Assembly: GCA_016713725.1 (NCBI GenBank)
Contig: JADJOO010000020.1
Span: forward strand, 4,192-68,191
Direction: 5' to 3'
Origin: Pseudomonadota bacterium
Lineage (GTDB): Bacteria > Pseudomonadota > Gammaproteobacteria > Steroidobacterales > Steroidobacteraceae
DNA length: 64,000 nucleotides
A program made the position numbers and the translations under genes. Numbering within the stretch: position 1 is the first letter of the stretch; the number at the start of each line of letters is the position of its first letter. Below, in pieces: positions 53,553-64,000 of this stretch. The notes under the pieces were generated by a model. That model saw nothing but the letters and a program-made list of their open reading frames with translations, was not told where the DNA came from and did not search any database.

Positions 53553-54228
53553 CGCGATCCGGTCATCCTGGTTCACGGCCTGTGGATGACAGGGCTGGAA
53601 TTCGGGGTGTTGCGCCAGCGCCTGCAGACGCGGCACGGTTTCGACGTGCACGTGTTTTCCTATTCTTCGTTGCATGGCAGCGCCGTCGAGATTGCGGGCG
53701 AGCTCGCGGAGTTCGTCGGTGTGCAGGCGCAGGCGAGCGGGCGCGTGCACCTGGTCGGTCACAGCCTCGGTGGTGCGATCGTCTACAAGGCGCTGGCAGA
53801 ACACGGCCTGCGCGACCGCCCGGGCAACGCGGTGCTGTTGGGGTCGCCGCTCAACGGCAGTCGCGCCGCGCAGGGCGCTGCGCGCCTTGCCGTGCTGCGA
53901 CCGCTGCTCGGCCCCCACATCCTGCACGGCCTGGCCGAACCCTGCGGCCGCTGCTGGTCGTGCGGCTCGCCCACGGCGTTGGGCGCGATCGCGGGGACGC
54001 GACGCATGGGCGCGGGCCAGTTCTTTGCGCACTTCGACGAGGAGAACGACGGCACCGTCGCCCTGAGCGAGACCATGATTCCCGGCCTCCGATGACCACC
54101 TGGTTCTGCCGCACAGCCATATCGGCCTGCTGTTCGCGAACGACGTGGCGGGCCAGGTCGCACATTTCCTGAGGCATGGACGTTTCGAGAAGGCGTCGGC
54201 AGGACGAACCAAGCTTGACGGCAGGTAG
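53535..54228 (+). pseudogene. Alpha/beta hydrolase (lipase/esterase-like), one frameshift near 54090
   Basis: PVILVHGLW, nucleophile elbow GHSLGG. The C-terminus continues as DHLVLPHSHIGLLF... to TAG 54226-54228. Confidence 0.7.
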
Positions 54229-54370
54229 ATGCCACCGATCGCTCACTCGAGACCCTCCGGCATTCCCCTCACGTCGGCCGCGTAGACGGTTGACGCACTG
54301 CTCGGCAACGGCGCAGCCTTGCGACCGATGCAGTGCGCGCCGCTACTGCGGGATCGCGGGGAGGAAGGCA

Positions 54371-54895
54371 ATGTCGCGTGCACACCTTGTCGTTCTGGCA
54401 TTGAGCGCGGCACTGGCACCGTCGGCGGCGAACGCCTGCAAGTCGGCCGGCCCGGCGACGGCGATCGACGCCGTGCGAGTTCAGCGCGCCGCTTTCAACG
54501 CAGCGATCGCGACCAAGGACATCGAGGCCGTGGCTGCGACCATGCATGACAACATCATCCTGGTGACAGGCACGGCGAGCGAGGTTTTCACCGGCCGAGC
54601 GGCGCAGCTGTCGCTGTGGCAGAAAGATTTTGCGACCACGGGGCGGGCCGTCTATGTTCGAACGACGGACTGCGTTCGCGTATCAGAGGTCTTTCCGGTC
54701 GCGCTCGAGACCGGTCACTGGCGTGGCGTGCGCGAGGGCCAGGCAGACGGTTCTGGAGCCAGGAGTTTCGCGGCTGGCGTCTACGCCGCGAAATGGCGCC
54801 GCGTCGACGGTACGTGGTTGCTCGAATCGGAGGTCTTCGCGACCGAGGTCTGCGGCGGCGATTTCTGCCCGGTGGACGACGGAGACACGCCTTAG
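54371..54895 (+). CDS. Secreted SnoaL-like/DUF4440 (NTF2-fold) protein
   Basis: Signal peptide MSRAHLVVLALSAALAPSAANA. NTF2-like pattern ending ...KWRRVDGTWLLESEVF. Confidence 0.6.
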   Translation: MSRAHLVVLALSAALAPSAANACKSAGPATAIDAVRVQRAAFNAAIATKDIEAVAATMHDNIILVTGTASEVFTGRAAQLSLWQKDFATTGRAVYVRTTDCVRVSEVFPVALETGHWRGVREGQADGSGARSFAAGVYAAKWRRVDGTWLLESEVFATEVCGGDFCPVDDGDTP

Positions 54896-54904
54896 AAACC
54901 CGAT

Positions 54905-54939
54905 TTGGCTGTAGACCGTTAATGGACTATATTCAGTCC
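54905..54939 (+). promoter_or_regulatory. Candidate promoter (TTGGCT-N17-TATATT) with overlapping inverted repeat GGACT-N6-AGTCC upstream of the TA pair
   Basis: Hexamers at 54905-54910 and 54928-54933. The palindrome at 54924-54939 spans the -10, as is typical of antitoxin autoregulation. Confidence 0.4.
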
Positions 54940-54964
54940 TCCCACGGTATGCCGGGCCTGCACA

Positions 54965-55242
54965 ATGCGCTACTCGACGCAGATCAAACCCATCAGCTAC
55001 CTCAAGGCGAATGCGGCCGAGGTGCTGAATGAACTGACGGAGCAGCGCAGGCCTCTCGTCATCACACAGAACGGCGAGGCTCGTGCCGTCATCCAGGACG
55101 TCGCCTCCTTCGAGGAGACGCAGGAGATGCTCGCGCTGCTCAAGATCCTGGCGCTGGGGAATCAGCAGGTCACCGAAGGCAGGGTCAAACCAGTCGCCGA
55201 CGTCGTCAAGCGACTTCGCGAGCGCTCGGCGACCGGGAGTGA
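54965..55242 (+). pseudogene. Phd/YefM-family antitoxin, frame break near its 3' end
   Basis: ISYLKANAAEVLNELTEQRRPLVITQNGEARAVIQDVASFEE. The expected stop (TGA 55240-55242, overlapping the toxin ATG) is in a different frame from the N-terminus. Confidence 0.7.
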
Positions 55243-55569
55243 TGCGCCGGGAGGTCCTGCTGACCGCCGACGCAGAGCGGGATATCGAGGATCTGGTACA
55301 ACTACATCGTCGACTTCGACTCGCGGGTCAGTGCCGACCACGTGCTGGATCGTCTGCTTGCAACCGCGGAAAGCCTGTCGGCGCTTCCTGACCGCGGGTC
55401 GCAGCCGAAGGAGTTGCGCGCGCTCGGAATCACGGAGTTCCGGCAGGTTTTCTTCAAGCCCTACCGGATGATCTATCGGGTCGTCGACAGACGGGTAGTC
55501 ATCTACCTCATCGCGGACGGCCGCCGTGACCTGCAGGAGTTGCTTTCGCGCCGTCTATTGCGAGGCTGA
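55242..55569 (+). pseudogene. RelE/ParE-family toxin, one frameshift near 55290
   Basis: MRREVLLTADAERDIEDL (frame of ORF 55083) joins ...YIVDFDSRVSADHVLDRLL...FRQVFFKPYRMIYRVVDRRVVIYLIADGRRD (ORF 55342). Confidence 0.7.
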
Positions 55570-55645
55570 GCGCCACGTGAGGCTCGATCGTATGGAGTTC
55601 GGACTCCCTCTCCCGGCGTCTCCTCCCTGACCCTCGGCGGCACCC

Positions 55646-57472
55646 TCAATCACAGCGGAAGTCGTCCGGTCCGACCGGCTGGCATTGCTCGGGGAAGCCC
55701 GCCTTGCGCCAGTAGTCGTACACACCGCTTTCGCGGATGTAACGCTTGAACTGCGGTGACTGCCGGTAGCGCCGGTTGTCTTCACCCCAGAGCAACGGCA
55801 TGTTGGGCAAAAGATCGTACGCACCCAGCGGCATCAGGAGCAGCGGCACAAACACGCCGTCCGTGGCGATGCGCTCTTTCTTTGCAAACTCCAGGATCTC
55901 GCGGACGAGTTCATCGTGGTCGGCCATCGGGTTACGAAACGCTTCATACAGCGCCTCGTGCCGGTGCCAGCGTGGCAGCCACTTGGACTGATTGCTGGCG
56001 AACAAGAACGCTGCCTTCTGTTCGTAGCGCGCCAGCAGCCGGAAGTTGGCGTACTGGTCGGTGATCGCGCCGCGGTCGAGCGCAGCAAGGTAGCGCTGCC
56101 AGGCTTCGTCGTAGCGGCCCAGGGTGTACAGGACGTCGTACTCGTTCTCGCTGCAAGCGGAGGCCAGTGGGTCGACCTGCAGGCAGCGCAGGAACGCGTC
56201 CAGGCCCTTGCCAGGTTGCCCGACGTTTGCATAGGCCAGGCCGAGCCAGTTCAAGGCATTGACGTTGCTCGGATCCAGCTTCACCGACCGCTCCAGATCG
56301 ACAATCACCGCAGCGACATCGTGTCGCCCGCGCAGTTGCTCTGCCGCGAGTCGACGCAGGTTGGCCTTGACTGCCAGCGCCAGCGCGCTGTCCGGGGCCA
56401 GCGACAAGGCACGGTCGGCATACCCGGTGCCGCGCCGCTCGAGCTCCTCCACCGTCAGCGGCGTGTCGGTGTACTCGCCGAGCAGCGGCTGCAGGGCGGC
56501 GCGCAGCTCCCAGGCAGGCGCATATTTCGCATCCTGCTGCAGCGATTTTTCCAGCAGCTGGTCGGCAAGCATCAGCTCCCGGCGCGAACGCACCAGCGCG
56601 CGCGCCTGCAGGTAGGTGTCGTAGGCGCCGAGGTCGGTCGTGGTCGCCGCCCGGCCAACCGCGCCGACCTCGGTAGCCGGCAGCGCGGCGACCAGCGCGG
56701 CGACGATGGCCTTGGCGATCTCGTCCTGGATCGCGAACACGTTCTCGGCAGTGAGCGGCCGGTCGAAGGTCTCGGACCACAGGGGGCGATCGACATCGGC
56801 ATCGATCAGCTGCGCGGTGATGCGGATCGTGCCGCCCGCGCGACGCACGCTGCCTTCGAGCACGTGACGCACGCCGAGCTGCCGGGCAATCGCCGGGATG
56901 CCAAGATCCTCCTGGTCCTTGAACGCGAACGACGAGGTGCGCGACGCCACGTGCAATCCCTTGACCTTGGCCAGCACGTTGAGGATCTCTTCGGCCATGC
57001 CGTCGGAGAAATAGCCCTGGTCGCCGGCCTGCGACAGGTCCGCGAAGGGCAACACGGCAATGCTGGCGGCCTCGATCTTCGCGTCACCCGCATGGTCGGT
57101 CGTCTGGTCGGTGGCAACCGGCGCCAAGGCGGGCGACGGCGCGTCACTCGCCTTGTCGTAACGCCAGAAGATCCCTCCGCCAAGCAGGAACAGCAGCGTG
57201 AGGATCGCGAGTTCGGCGCGGCTCACGCGCTGCTGGCCGCGGTCGCCGTGATACCAGGCAAGCACCAGCACGACGGGCAAGCCGATCAGCAGTGCGAGGA
57301 TCGCGATCTGCCGCAGCTGACCCGGCCAGTCGAAGGATTCACTTACATACTCGAGGCCCTGCAGGAAGCCCCAGGCGCCCGCCGCATAGACGAGGCCCCA
57401 CTGCGCCACCTTGCGGCGGCGTAGCTTGTCCCAAGTGCGTTCGACCGCAGGCTCCGTGGATACGTCGTTCAT
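55646..57472 (-). CDS. Membrane-anchored TPR-repeat protein with TolB-N/FlgO-like domain
   Basis: ATG at 57472 (MNDVSTEP...), two TM helices, IAVLPFADLS...GYFSDGMAEEI module, then TPR repeats. Confidence 0.7.
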   Translation of the reverse strand: MNDVSTEPAVERTWDKLRRRKVAQWGLVYAAGAWGFLQGLEYVSESFDWPGQLRQIAILALLIGLPVVLVLAWYHGDRGQQRVSRAELAILTLLFLLGGGIFWRYDKASDAPSPALAPVATDQTTDHAGDAKIEAASIAVLPFADLSQAGDQGYFSDGMAEEILNVLAKVKGLHVASRTSSFAFKDQEDLGIPAIARQLGVRHVLEGSVRRAGGTIRITAQLIDADVDRPLWSETFDRPLTAENVFAIQDEIAKAIVAALVAALPATEVGAVGRAATTTDLGAYDTYLQARALVRSRRELMLADQLLEKSLQQDAKYAPAWELRAALQPLLGEYTDTPLTVEELERRGTGYADRALSLAPDSALALAVKANLRRLAAEQLRGRHDVAAVIVDLERSVKLDPSNVNALNWLGLAYANVGQPGKGLDAFLRCLQVDPLASACSENEYDVLYTLGRYDEAWQRYLAALDRGAITDQYANFRLLARYEQKAAFLFASNQSKWLPRWHRHEALYEAFRNPMADHDELVREILEFAKKERIATDGVFVPLLLMPLGAYDLLPNMPLLWGEDNRRYRQSPQFKRYIRESGVYDYWRKAGFPEQCQPVGPDDFRCD

Positions 57473-57716
57473 TTTTTTTGAGCTCCCCTCACCGTCAGAG
57501 TCTAGCGGGTTCCGCGTCACTGGCGACACGGGCCGGGCTGAAGGTCGTAGGCTTGCTATGTCCCCGCAGGGCGAGGGCAGGGGAGCGTTCCAATGCGACG
57601 TACTTCCGCGGGTCCAAGGTGAACGCAATGGCACCGCGGAGCAGTCGGTTTGACACGGGCCACAACCGTGTCGATCGGGTGATGTGCGAAACCGACGTAG
57701 CCTGGAGCCCCGGCCC

Positions 57717-58451
57717 ATGATCCTGCGCCGCGTCATCGTTCATTTCCGCAAGCAGGATTGGACCGCGATCGCGATTGATTTCCTGATCGTGGTCGTTGGA
57801 GTCTTTGTCGGCCTGCAGGTGAATAACTGGAACGAGGCGCGACAGGACAGGAAGGATGAGCGCTTCTATCTCGCGCGGTTGCAAGAAGTCCTGGTGAACG
57901 CTGGGAAGTTCAGCAGCCGCCTGCGGCAACAGCGGATCGACAAGCTCGACGCGTTGAAGTCGGCAACCCAGGCGCTCTTCGGAGAATTCCGTCGTGAAAC
58001 TCTTAGTGAAGAGGAATGCCACGCGTTGGGGACGTCGCACATCGTCAGCTTTGCGCTGCCGGAATTGCCGGCACTGACGGAGCTGCAGAGTTCAGGTCGC
58101 CTGTCGATCATTCAGGACGAAGAAATAAGGGCGGCCTTCATCGCTCTGCAACGGGCTCAGTACGTGCTCGGCAGATCGATGGTCGAAAGCGATCAGGGCG
58201 CGGTGCCGCTCGGCGATCAATTTCCAGGTCCTCTGGCCATCGACGCCTACGTGGTTGATGAGACAGGGGAACTGCGGCTCAAGTCTGTCTGCAATGTCGT
58301 TGCGATGCAGGGTGATCGCGCCTTTCTGAACATTCTGGCCGACAATGCCGATCGATATGACGCATATGTTCGATTCAACCTTGTGCCCTGGGCTGCGCAG
58401 TTTGAGGCAGTGCGCAAGTTGGTCGACGGCGCAATCGGGAGCGAGCATTGA
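57717..58451 (+). CDS. Membrane-anchored hypothetical protein (DUF6090-like)
   Basis: HFRKQDWTAIAIDFLIVVVGVFVGLQVNNWN N-terminal anchor. The family assignment is from memory only. Confidence 0.5.
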   Translation: MILRRVIVHFRKQDWTAIAIDFLIVVVGVFVGLQVNNWNEARQDRKDERFYLARLQEVLVNAGKFSSRLRQQRIDKLDALKSATQALFGEFRRETLSEEECHALGTSHIVSFALPELPALTELQSSGRLSIIQDEEIRAAFIALQRAQYVLGRSMVESDQGAVPLGDQFPGPLAIDAYVVDETGELRLKSVCNVVAMQGDRAFLNILADNADRYDAYVRFNLVPWAAQFEAVRKLVDGAIGSEH

Positions 58452-58582
58452 AGGCAGGACCGTCTTCCTGAGTCGGCGTGTCGGTTCGGCATTGAACCTG
58501 AACGTGCACATCCACCCTGACGCAGTCGATCACCCGCTACCGCTCCTGCTATCCGCGGGCTCCTGGATTCCGCTGATAACAC

Positions 58583-58729
58583 CTTAATGAAGCGCGCGCC
58601 CGAACCCGCGCCGCCGGCCAACGCGCGGTAAAGGTCGACGTAACCGACCACGCGCGCGACTTGCGACTGCGCGAGCTCGATTCCCGATGCGAGGTTGATC
58701 AGCATCGGCGAGCGTGGCCAGCTTTGCGT
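58583..58729 (-). pseudogene. C-terminal remnant of an outer-membrane efflux factor (TolC/NodT family)
   Basis: ...SPMLINLASGIELAQSQVARVVGYVDLYRALAGG matches the family's terminal helix and LY.ALGGG signature. No upstream body or proper start is present. Confidence 0.4.
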
Positions 58730-58866
58730 CGTCAACGGGATGTCCAGGGATTTCCGGGACTTCGACATCGAGACAACCGAGCGGTTGCTTGAGTGCATGC
58801 AGGCCATGACGCGGGTGCTCGACGCGCCGGCGGCTGGAAAGTGACGCAACGATCGACGCCGCGACC

Positions 58867-61454
58867 TCACGCCGGATCGTTGCGTTCGTCCAGCAGCTCC
58901 TTCAGCCGGTATAGCACGTCGAGGGCCGCGCGCGGACTGAGCGACTCGGGGTCGACGCCCTCGAGCATCCTGCGCAGCACGGATTCGGTTTCGTTCTCCG
59001 GCATCGACAATGCCAGCTCCTGCTGCGGCGTCGGCGGCCTGGTCGCGTGCTCGCGCTCTTCCAGGTCGTGCAGGTACCGACGGGCTTCCCCAATGACGGG
59101 CTTCGGCACGCCTGCCAGGCGTGCGACCTGCAGTCCGTAGCTCTGGTTGGCCGGGCCCTCCTTGACGGCGTGCAGGAAGACGAGCTGGTCCCCGTGCTCC
59201 GTGGCGTCCAGATGGACGTTGGCGCAAGCGGGCAGTTCGTCCCCGAGCGCGGTCAGCTCGAAGTAGTGCGTCGCGAACAGTGTGAACGCACCGATTTCGC
59301 GTCCCAGGTGCCGGGCGCACGCCCACGCCAGCGACAGGCCATCGAACGTGCTGGTGCCGCGACCAATCTCGTCCATCAGGACCAGGCTGTGGCGCGTGGC
59401 GTTGTTCAGGATGTTCGCGGCCTCGGTCATCTCGACCATGAACGTCGAACGGCCGCCAGCGAGATCATCTGCTGCGCCGATACGCGTGAAGACGCGATCG
59501 ACCGGTCCGATGCGTGCGGACTCCGCCGGCACGAAGCTGCCGATGCCGGCGAGGATGACGATCAGCGCCGCCTGCCGCATGTAGGTTGATTTGCCGCCCA
59601 TGTTCGGGCCCGTCACGATCAGCATGCGACGTCCATCGCGCAGGTCCAGGTCGTTCGGCACGAACGGACCGTCGATGTGCTGCTCGACCACCAGGTGCCG
59701 CCCGCCTCGGATGTCGATGCGTGATTCCTCGCAGAGTTCGGGCCGCGCCAGTCGCAGCGAGATGGCACGCTCGGCGAGATTGCCGATCACGTCGAGCGCG
59801 GCGAGCGCTGCGGCCATCGCCTGCAATGCCGGCAACGTCTCGGTGAGTGTGTCGAGCAACCCCTCGTAGAGTTCGCGTTCGCGGGCCATGGCGCGATCGC
59901 GTGCCCCCAGCACCTTGTCCTCGAACGACTTCAGTTCGCTCGTGATGTAGCGTTCGGCGTTCTTGACCGTCTGTCGCCGCACCCAGTCGGCCGGTACACG
60001 GTCGGCCTGGCTGCGGCTCACCTCGATGAAGTAGCCCTGCACGCGGTTGTAGCCGAAGCGCAGGTTCTGGAAGCCGGTGCGTTCGCGTTCGCGCGCTTCC
60101 AGGTCGAGCAGCGCTTCGTCGCTGTGCTCGCTGATGCGGCGAAGTTCGTCGAGGCAGGCGTCGAATCCGGTGGCAAAGACACCACCTTCGCGCAGCAGCG
60201 TGGGTGGCGTTTCGATCAGCGCCTGCAGCAGATGCTGGTAAATCGCGGGATGCGTGCCGACGCCCGCGGCCAGGCGCTGCAGCAGCGGGGCGTCCAGTGT
60301 CGCGAGTTGCGTCTGCAGTTCAGGCAGGCAACCCAGGGCTGCGCGCAGCTGCGACAGGTCGCGGGGCCGTGCAGACCGCAGCGCCACGCGCGCGAGGATA
60401 CGTTCGACGTCTCCAACCTTGCGCAGCAGGGCGTGCAACGACGAATGCGAACCTGCATCGAGCAGTGTCTCGATCGCCTGCAGCCGCAGCATGCGCGGCT
60501 CGACGCCACGCAGTGGACGCTGGATCCAGCGCCGCAGTTCGCGTCCGCCCATCGCCGTGGCCGTGCGATCGAGCACGCCGATCAACGTGCTGTCGCTGCG
60601 GCCCGACAGGCTGCTGTCGAGTTCCAGGTTACGACGCGTCGCCGCATCGAGCAGCAGGCTGTCTTCGCGCAACTCGGTGCGAATTCCGCGCAGGTGGGGG
60701 AGGGCAGACTTCTGGGTTTCGCGGACATAATTGAGCAGGCAGCCCGCCGCACCAATCGCGAGTGATTGGCCGGCGAGGCCGAAACCCGCGAGATCGCGCG
60801 TACCGAACTGGTCGCACAATTGCCGCTCGGCGCTGCCCGCTTCGAAGTGCCACGGCGGGCGCTGTCGCACGCAGATGTCGCCGCGACCCTGCAGCCGTTG
60901 CAGCGCGTTCTCGGGAACGAGCAGTTCCGCCGGGCGGAGTCGTTCCAGCTCTGCGGCGAGCGCTTCCTCGCCCGCGGCCTGCAAGGCGTGAAAGCGCCCG
61001 CTCGGAGCTCCAGCCAGGCGAGGCCAAAGCCGTCTGCGCCGGGGGAGATGGCTGCCAGCAGCGTGTCGCGACGTTCCTCGAGCAATGAGTCGTCGGTGAC
61101 TGTGCCGGGCGTGACGACACGCACCACCTGACGTTCGACCGGGCCCTTTGCTTTGGCTGGGTCGCCGACTTGTTCGCAGATCGCGACTGACTCGCCCTTG
61201 CGCACGGCACGCGCGAGGTAGTTGTCGAGCGTCTGCACCGGCACGCCCGCCATCGGAATTGGCTCACCACCGGACGTGCCGCGGGCCGTCAGCGTGATAT
61301 CGAGCAGTCGCGAGGCCTTGCGGGCGTCGTCGAAGAACAGCTCGTAGAAGTCGCCCATGCGGTAGAACAGGAGCACGTCCGGGTACTGCGCCTTGATGCG
61401 CAGGTACTGGGTCATGACGGGGGTGTTGGGCGGAGATTTGAGCTGTTCGGTCAC
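58867..61454 (-). pseudogene. mutS: DNA mismatch repair protein MutS, one frameshift near 61000
   Basis: N-terminus [30 protein letters not shown] (frame of ORF 60582-62093, GTG 61454). The C-terminal 705 aa carry the Walker A motif GPNMGGKST. Confidence 0.9.
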
Positions 61455-61583
61455 GCTGCGGGATTCTAGCCTTTTGCCCGGTCGGTCAGCGAACGAGCGC
61501 GTGCACGGCGGGCACGCTGCATCGGTTCGCCCCGAATGGGTCAAACTAGGACGCCCGGCCGTACTGGCCCGCGAGGATTCCGC

Positions 61584-63420
61584 ATGCGCAAGACGATCGA
61601 CTTCCTGCTCAACGACTGGCTCGACGTGGCGTCGCTGGTCGAGCGGTCGCGGTACAGCGAACACAGCCGCGAAACCTTCGAGTCGGTGCTCGATACCTGC
61701 CAGCGCATTGCGGAAGAGAAGTTCGCGCCGTTCAACCGGCTCGTCGACGTGCAGGAACCGCGCCTCGAAAACGGGGTTGTCATCCTGCCGCAGTGTGCCT
61801 ATGACGCGGCACGGGCCTACGTCGACTCTGGAATGCTTGCGGCAACGCAGGACTACGACGTCGGCGGCATGCAGCTGCCCTATGTGGTCGAACTGGCCGC
61901 CAATGCTTTTTTCGCCAAGGCAGGGGTCGGCCTCGGCGGCGGCGGCATGCTCACGGTCGGCAACGCCAACCTGCTGCTGGCGCACGGGACTCCGCGGCAG
62001 AAGGCCGTATTTGCGCAGCAGGAAATCGACGGCAAGTGGTTCGGCACCATGTGCCTGTCGGAGCCGCAGGGCAGGCTCGAGCCTGTCCGACATCCTGACG
62101 CGCGCGACTCCCGACGGCGACGATTTTGCCCAGGACGAACTCGGACCGCGTTACCGGCTCACCGGCAACAAGATGTGGATCAGCAACGGCGAGCACGACC
62201 TGTCCGAAAACATCGTGCACCTCGTGCTGGCCAAGATTCCCGCCGCGGATGGCAAGCTGGTGCCGGGCGCCAAGGGCATTTCGCTGTTCATCGTGCCGAG
62301 GTTGCTGGCCAATGCTGCCGGTGAACTCACTGGCGAACGCAATGATGTCGCACTCGCGGGCCTCAATCACAAGATGGGTTGGCGCGGACTGCCGAACACG
62401 CTGCTCAATTTCGGCGAGGGCACGTTCCCGGTGGGCGGTCGTCCCGGCGCTGTCGGCTACCTTGTGGGCCGACCCGGTGACGGCCTCAAATGCATGTTCC
62501 ACATGATGAACGAGGCCCGCATCGGTGTCGGGCTCGGTGCCGTGGGTATCGGCTACGCGGGCTACGAGGCGAGCCTCGATTACGCCCGCAATCGCAAGCA
62601 GGGGCGTCCGTCGACACCGGCTGGCAAAGATCCCGCATCGCCACCCGTGAGAATCATCGAGCACGCCGACGTGAAACGGATGCTGCTCGCGCAGAAGTCA
62701 TACGTGGAAGGCGGGCTGGCGCTCGAACTCTATTGCGGCCGGTTGGTCGACGAGGCGAGGACGGGACCCACCGGGAGCGTCGCTGCGATCAAGGCACTGC
62801 TCGAGATCCTGACGCCGATCGCGAAGAGCTGGCCAAGCGAATGGTGCCTGGAGGCGAACAACCTCGCGATCCAGGTGCACGGTGGCTACGGCTATACGCG
62901 CGATTTCCCGGTGGAGCAGTACTGGCGCGACAATCGCCTCAACATGATTCACGAGGGGACGCACGGCATCCAGGGGCTGGATCTGCTGGGACGCAAGGTG
63001 CTGATGGACGACGGCAGGGCGCTCGGCCTGCTGGCACATCGCATCGGCCAGACCGTGCAGCAAGCTGGGGAGCACGCCGAGCTGAAGAGCGAATCCGCCG
63101 CGGTTGCGCGCGGACTGCAGACATTGCTGGATGCGACCCGTGCGGCGTGGAGCACGCATCAGCCCGATGAGGCACTGGCGAACGCGACCCCGTACCTGCA
63201 GGCGTTCGGCCACGTCGTCGTGGCGTGGCTCTGGCTCGACGTTGCTTGCGCAGCGGTCGTGGCCGCTGCCGGCAGGGACGACGGCTTCCTGCGTGGCAAG
63301 CTGCAGGCGGCGCGCTATTTCTTCGACTTCGAACTGCCCAGGATCGACGCGTGGCTGGCCGTGGTTGCAGCGCGAAATCCGACATGCCGTGAAATGCAGG
63401 ATGCCTGGTTCGAGACCTGA
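61584..63420 (+). pseudogene. Large (about 610 aa) acyl-CoA dehydrogenase, one frameshift near 62075
   Basis: [12 protein letters not shown]... (ORF 61536 frame) joins ...[12 protein letters not shown]...GNKMWISNGEHD...YWRDNRLNMIHEGTHGIQ (ORF 61393 frame). Confidence 0.85.
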
Positions 63421-63558
63421 GCGTTGCCTGTCGCAAAAGGCGCGCCACGGCACTCTGGTGTGGCTAAAATCACCGGCTGAAAGTCCGGCGGCGCCCGGGC
63501 GCCGCGCGGGGATGGGCCGTGCGTTTTCCATCAAGCGACTAACTGGAGCAGTTCAACA

Positions 63559-64000
63559 ATGAAACTCGTCAAGCTGTCGATCGCGACCATTCTCCTGGCA
63601 TGCGCTGCGGGTGGCGCGACTGCGGCATTCGCGGCAGACCCGGCGGCGGCTCCGAAAGGCGAAACGCTGGTCGCAACCGTCGAAGCGACCGCCGTCGTTA
63701 CAGCGATCGATCAGTCGACGCGTGAAGTAACGCTGAAGCGGGAAGACGGCACCGAGGCCACTTTCGTTGCTTCCGAGGACGTCAAGAATCTCGCGCAGGT
63801 GAAGCCGGGTGACGTGCTGCACGTGGTGTACGGCGAAGCGCTGGCGTACGAAGTGAAGAAGGGCGGCACGACGGTGGGGCAGGTAACCGAAGTTGGCGGC
63901 GGTTCGGCCGAACTCGGCCAGATGCCGGCTGGTGCGCTGGTGCGCCAGACCACCGCGACCGTCGTGATTACGGCGATCGATGCCAAAGCGCCTTCGGTGA
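63559..64000 (+). CDS. Secreted hypothetical protein, 3'-truncated by the window edge
   Basis: ATG at 63559 after CTGGAG; signal peptide MKLVKLSIATILLACAAGGATAAFA. Internal repeat (ATAVVTAIDQSTREV / ATVVITAIDAKAPSV). Open to 64000. Confidence 0.55.
   Translation, partial: MKLVKLSIATILLACAAGGATAAFAADPAAAPKGETLVATVEATAVVTAIDQSTREVTLKREDGTEATFVASEDVKNLAQVKPGDVLHVVYGEALAYEVKKGGTTVGQVTEVGGGSAELGQMPAGALVRQTTATVVITAIDAKAPSV

Overview
High-GC (about 65%) chromosomal segment from a Gram-negative bacterium. The housekeeping synteny looks gammaproteobacterial: bamD / rluD-pgeF ... clpB, fmdB-DUF502-aspS, and mutS. From left to right the window holds: (1) an IclR regulator, a heavily frameshifted TonB-dependent receptor (TBDR), and a CoA-thioester catabolic cluster (LLM oxidoreductase, crotonases, SCP2-type thiolase plus DUF35 partner, acyl-CoA synthetase, CMD, SDR). 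(2) A complete coenzyme F420 biosynthesis cluster, cofC-fbiC-fno-cofE-cofD. (3) A metal-acquisition island: a TBDR with a near-canonical NikR operator in its promoter, nikR, DUF2946, and an OprC-like copper TBDR. (4) An amino-acid permease and a three-gene operon of unknown function (Cys-phosphatase/ARH-like fusion, HExxH peptidase, ATP-grasp ligase). (5) def, pirin and several small DUF proteins. (6) A 1326-aa DUF3683 FAD/Fe-S oxidoreductase translationally coupled to an NdvB-like GH17-GT2 glucan synthase. (7) Housekeeping genes, a Phd/ParE toxin-antitoxin pair, a TPR membrane protein, mutS and a large acyl-CoA dehydrogenase. I found no tRNA, rRNA, CRISPR array, transposase or integrase. The non-coding signals most worth follow-up are a two-hairpin element with a conserved loop and covarying stems, present once downstream of each of two TBDR genes; an inverted pair of G-quadruplex-type GGGG-heptamer arrays between zupT and clpB; and a perfect 30-bp inverted repeat covering the aspS stop codon and the next gene's start codon. 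About 25 reading-frame breaks are spread unevenly over the window, including two in aspS. Every 'pseudogene' call below therefore describes the sequence as given and may reflect assembly indels.
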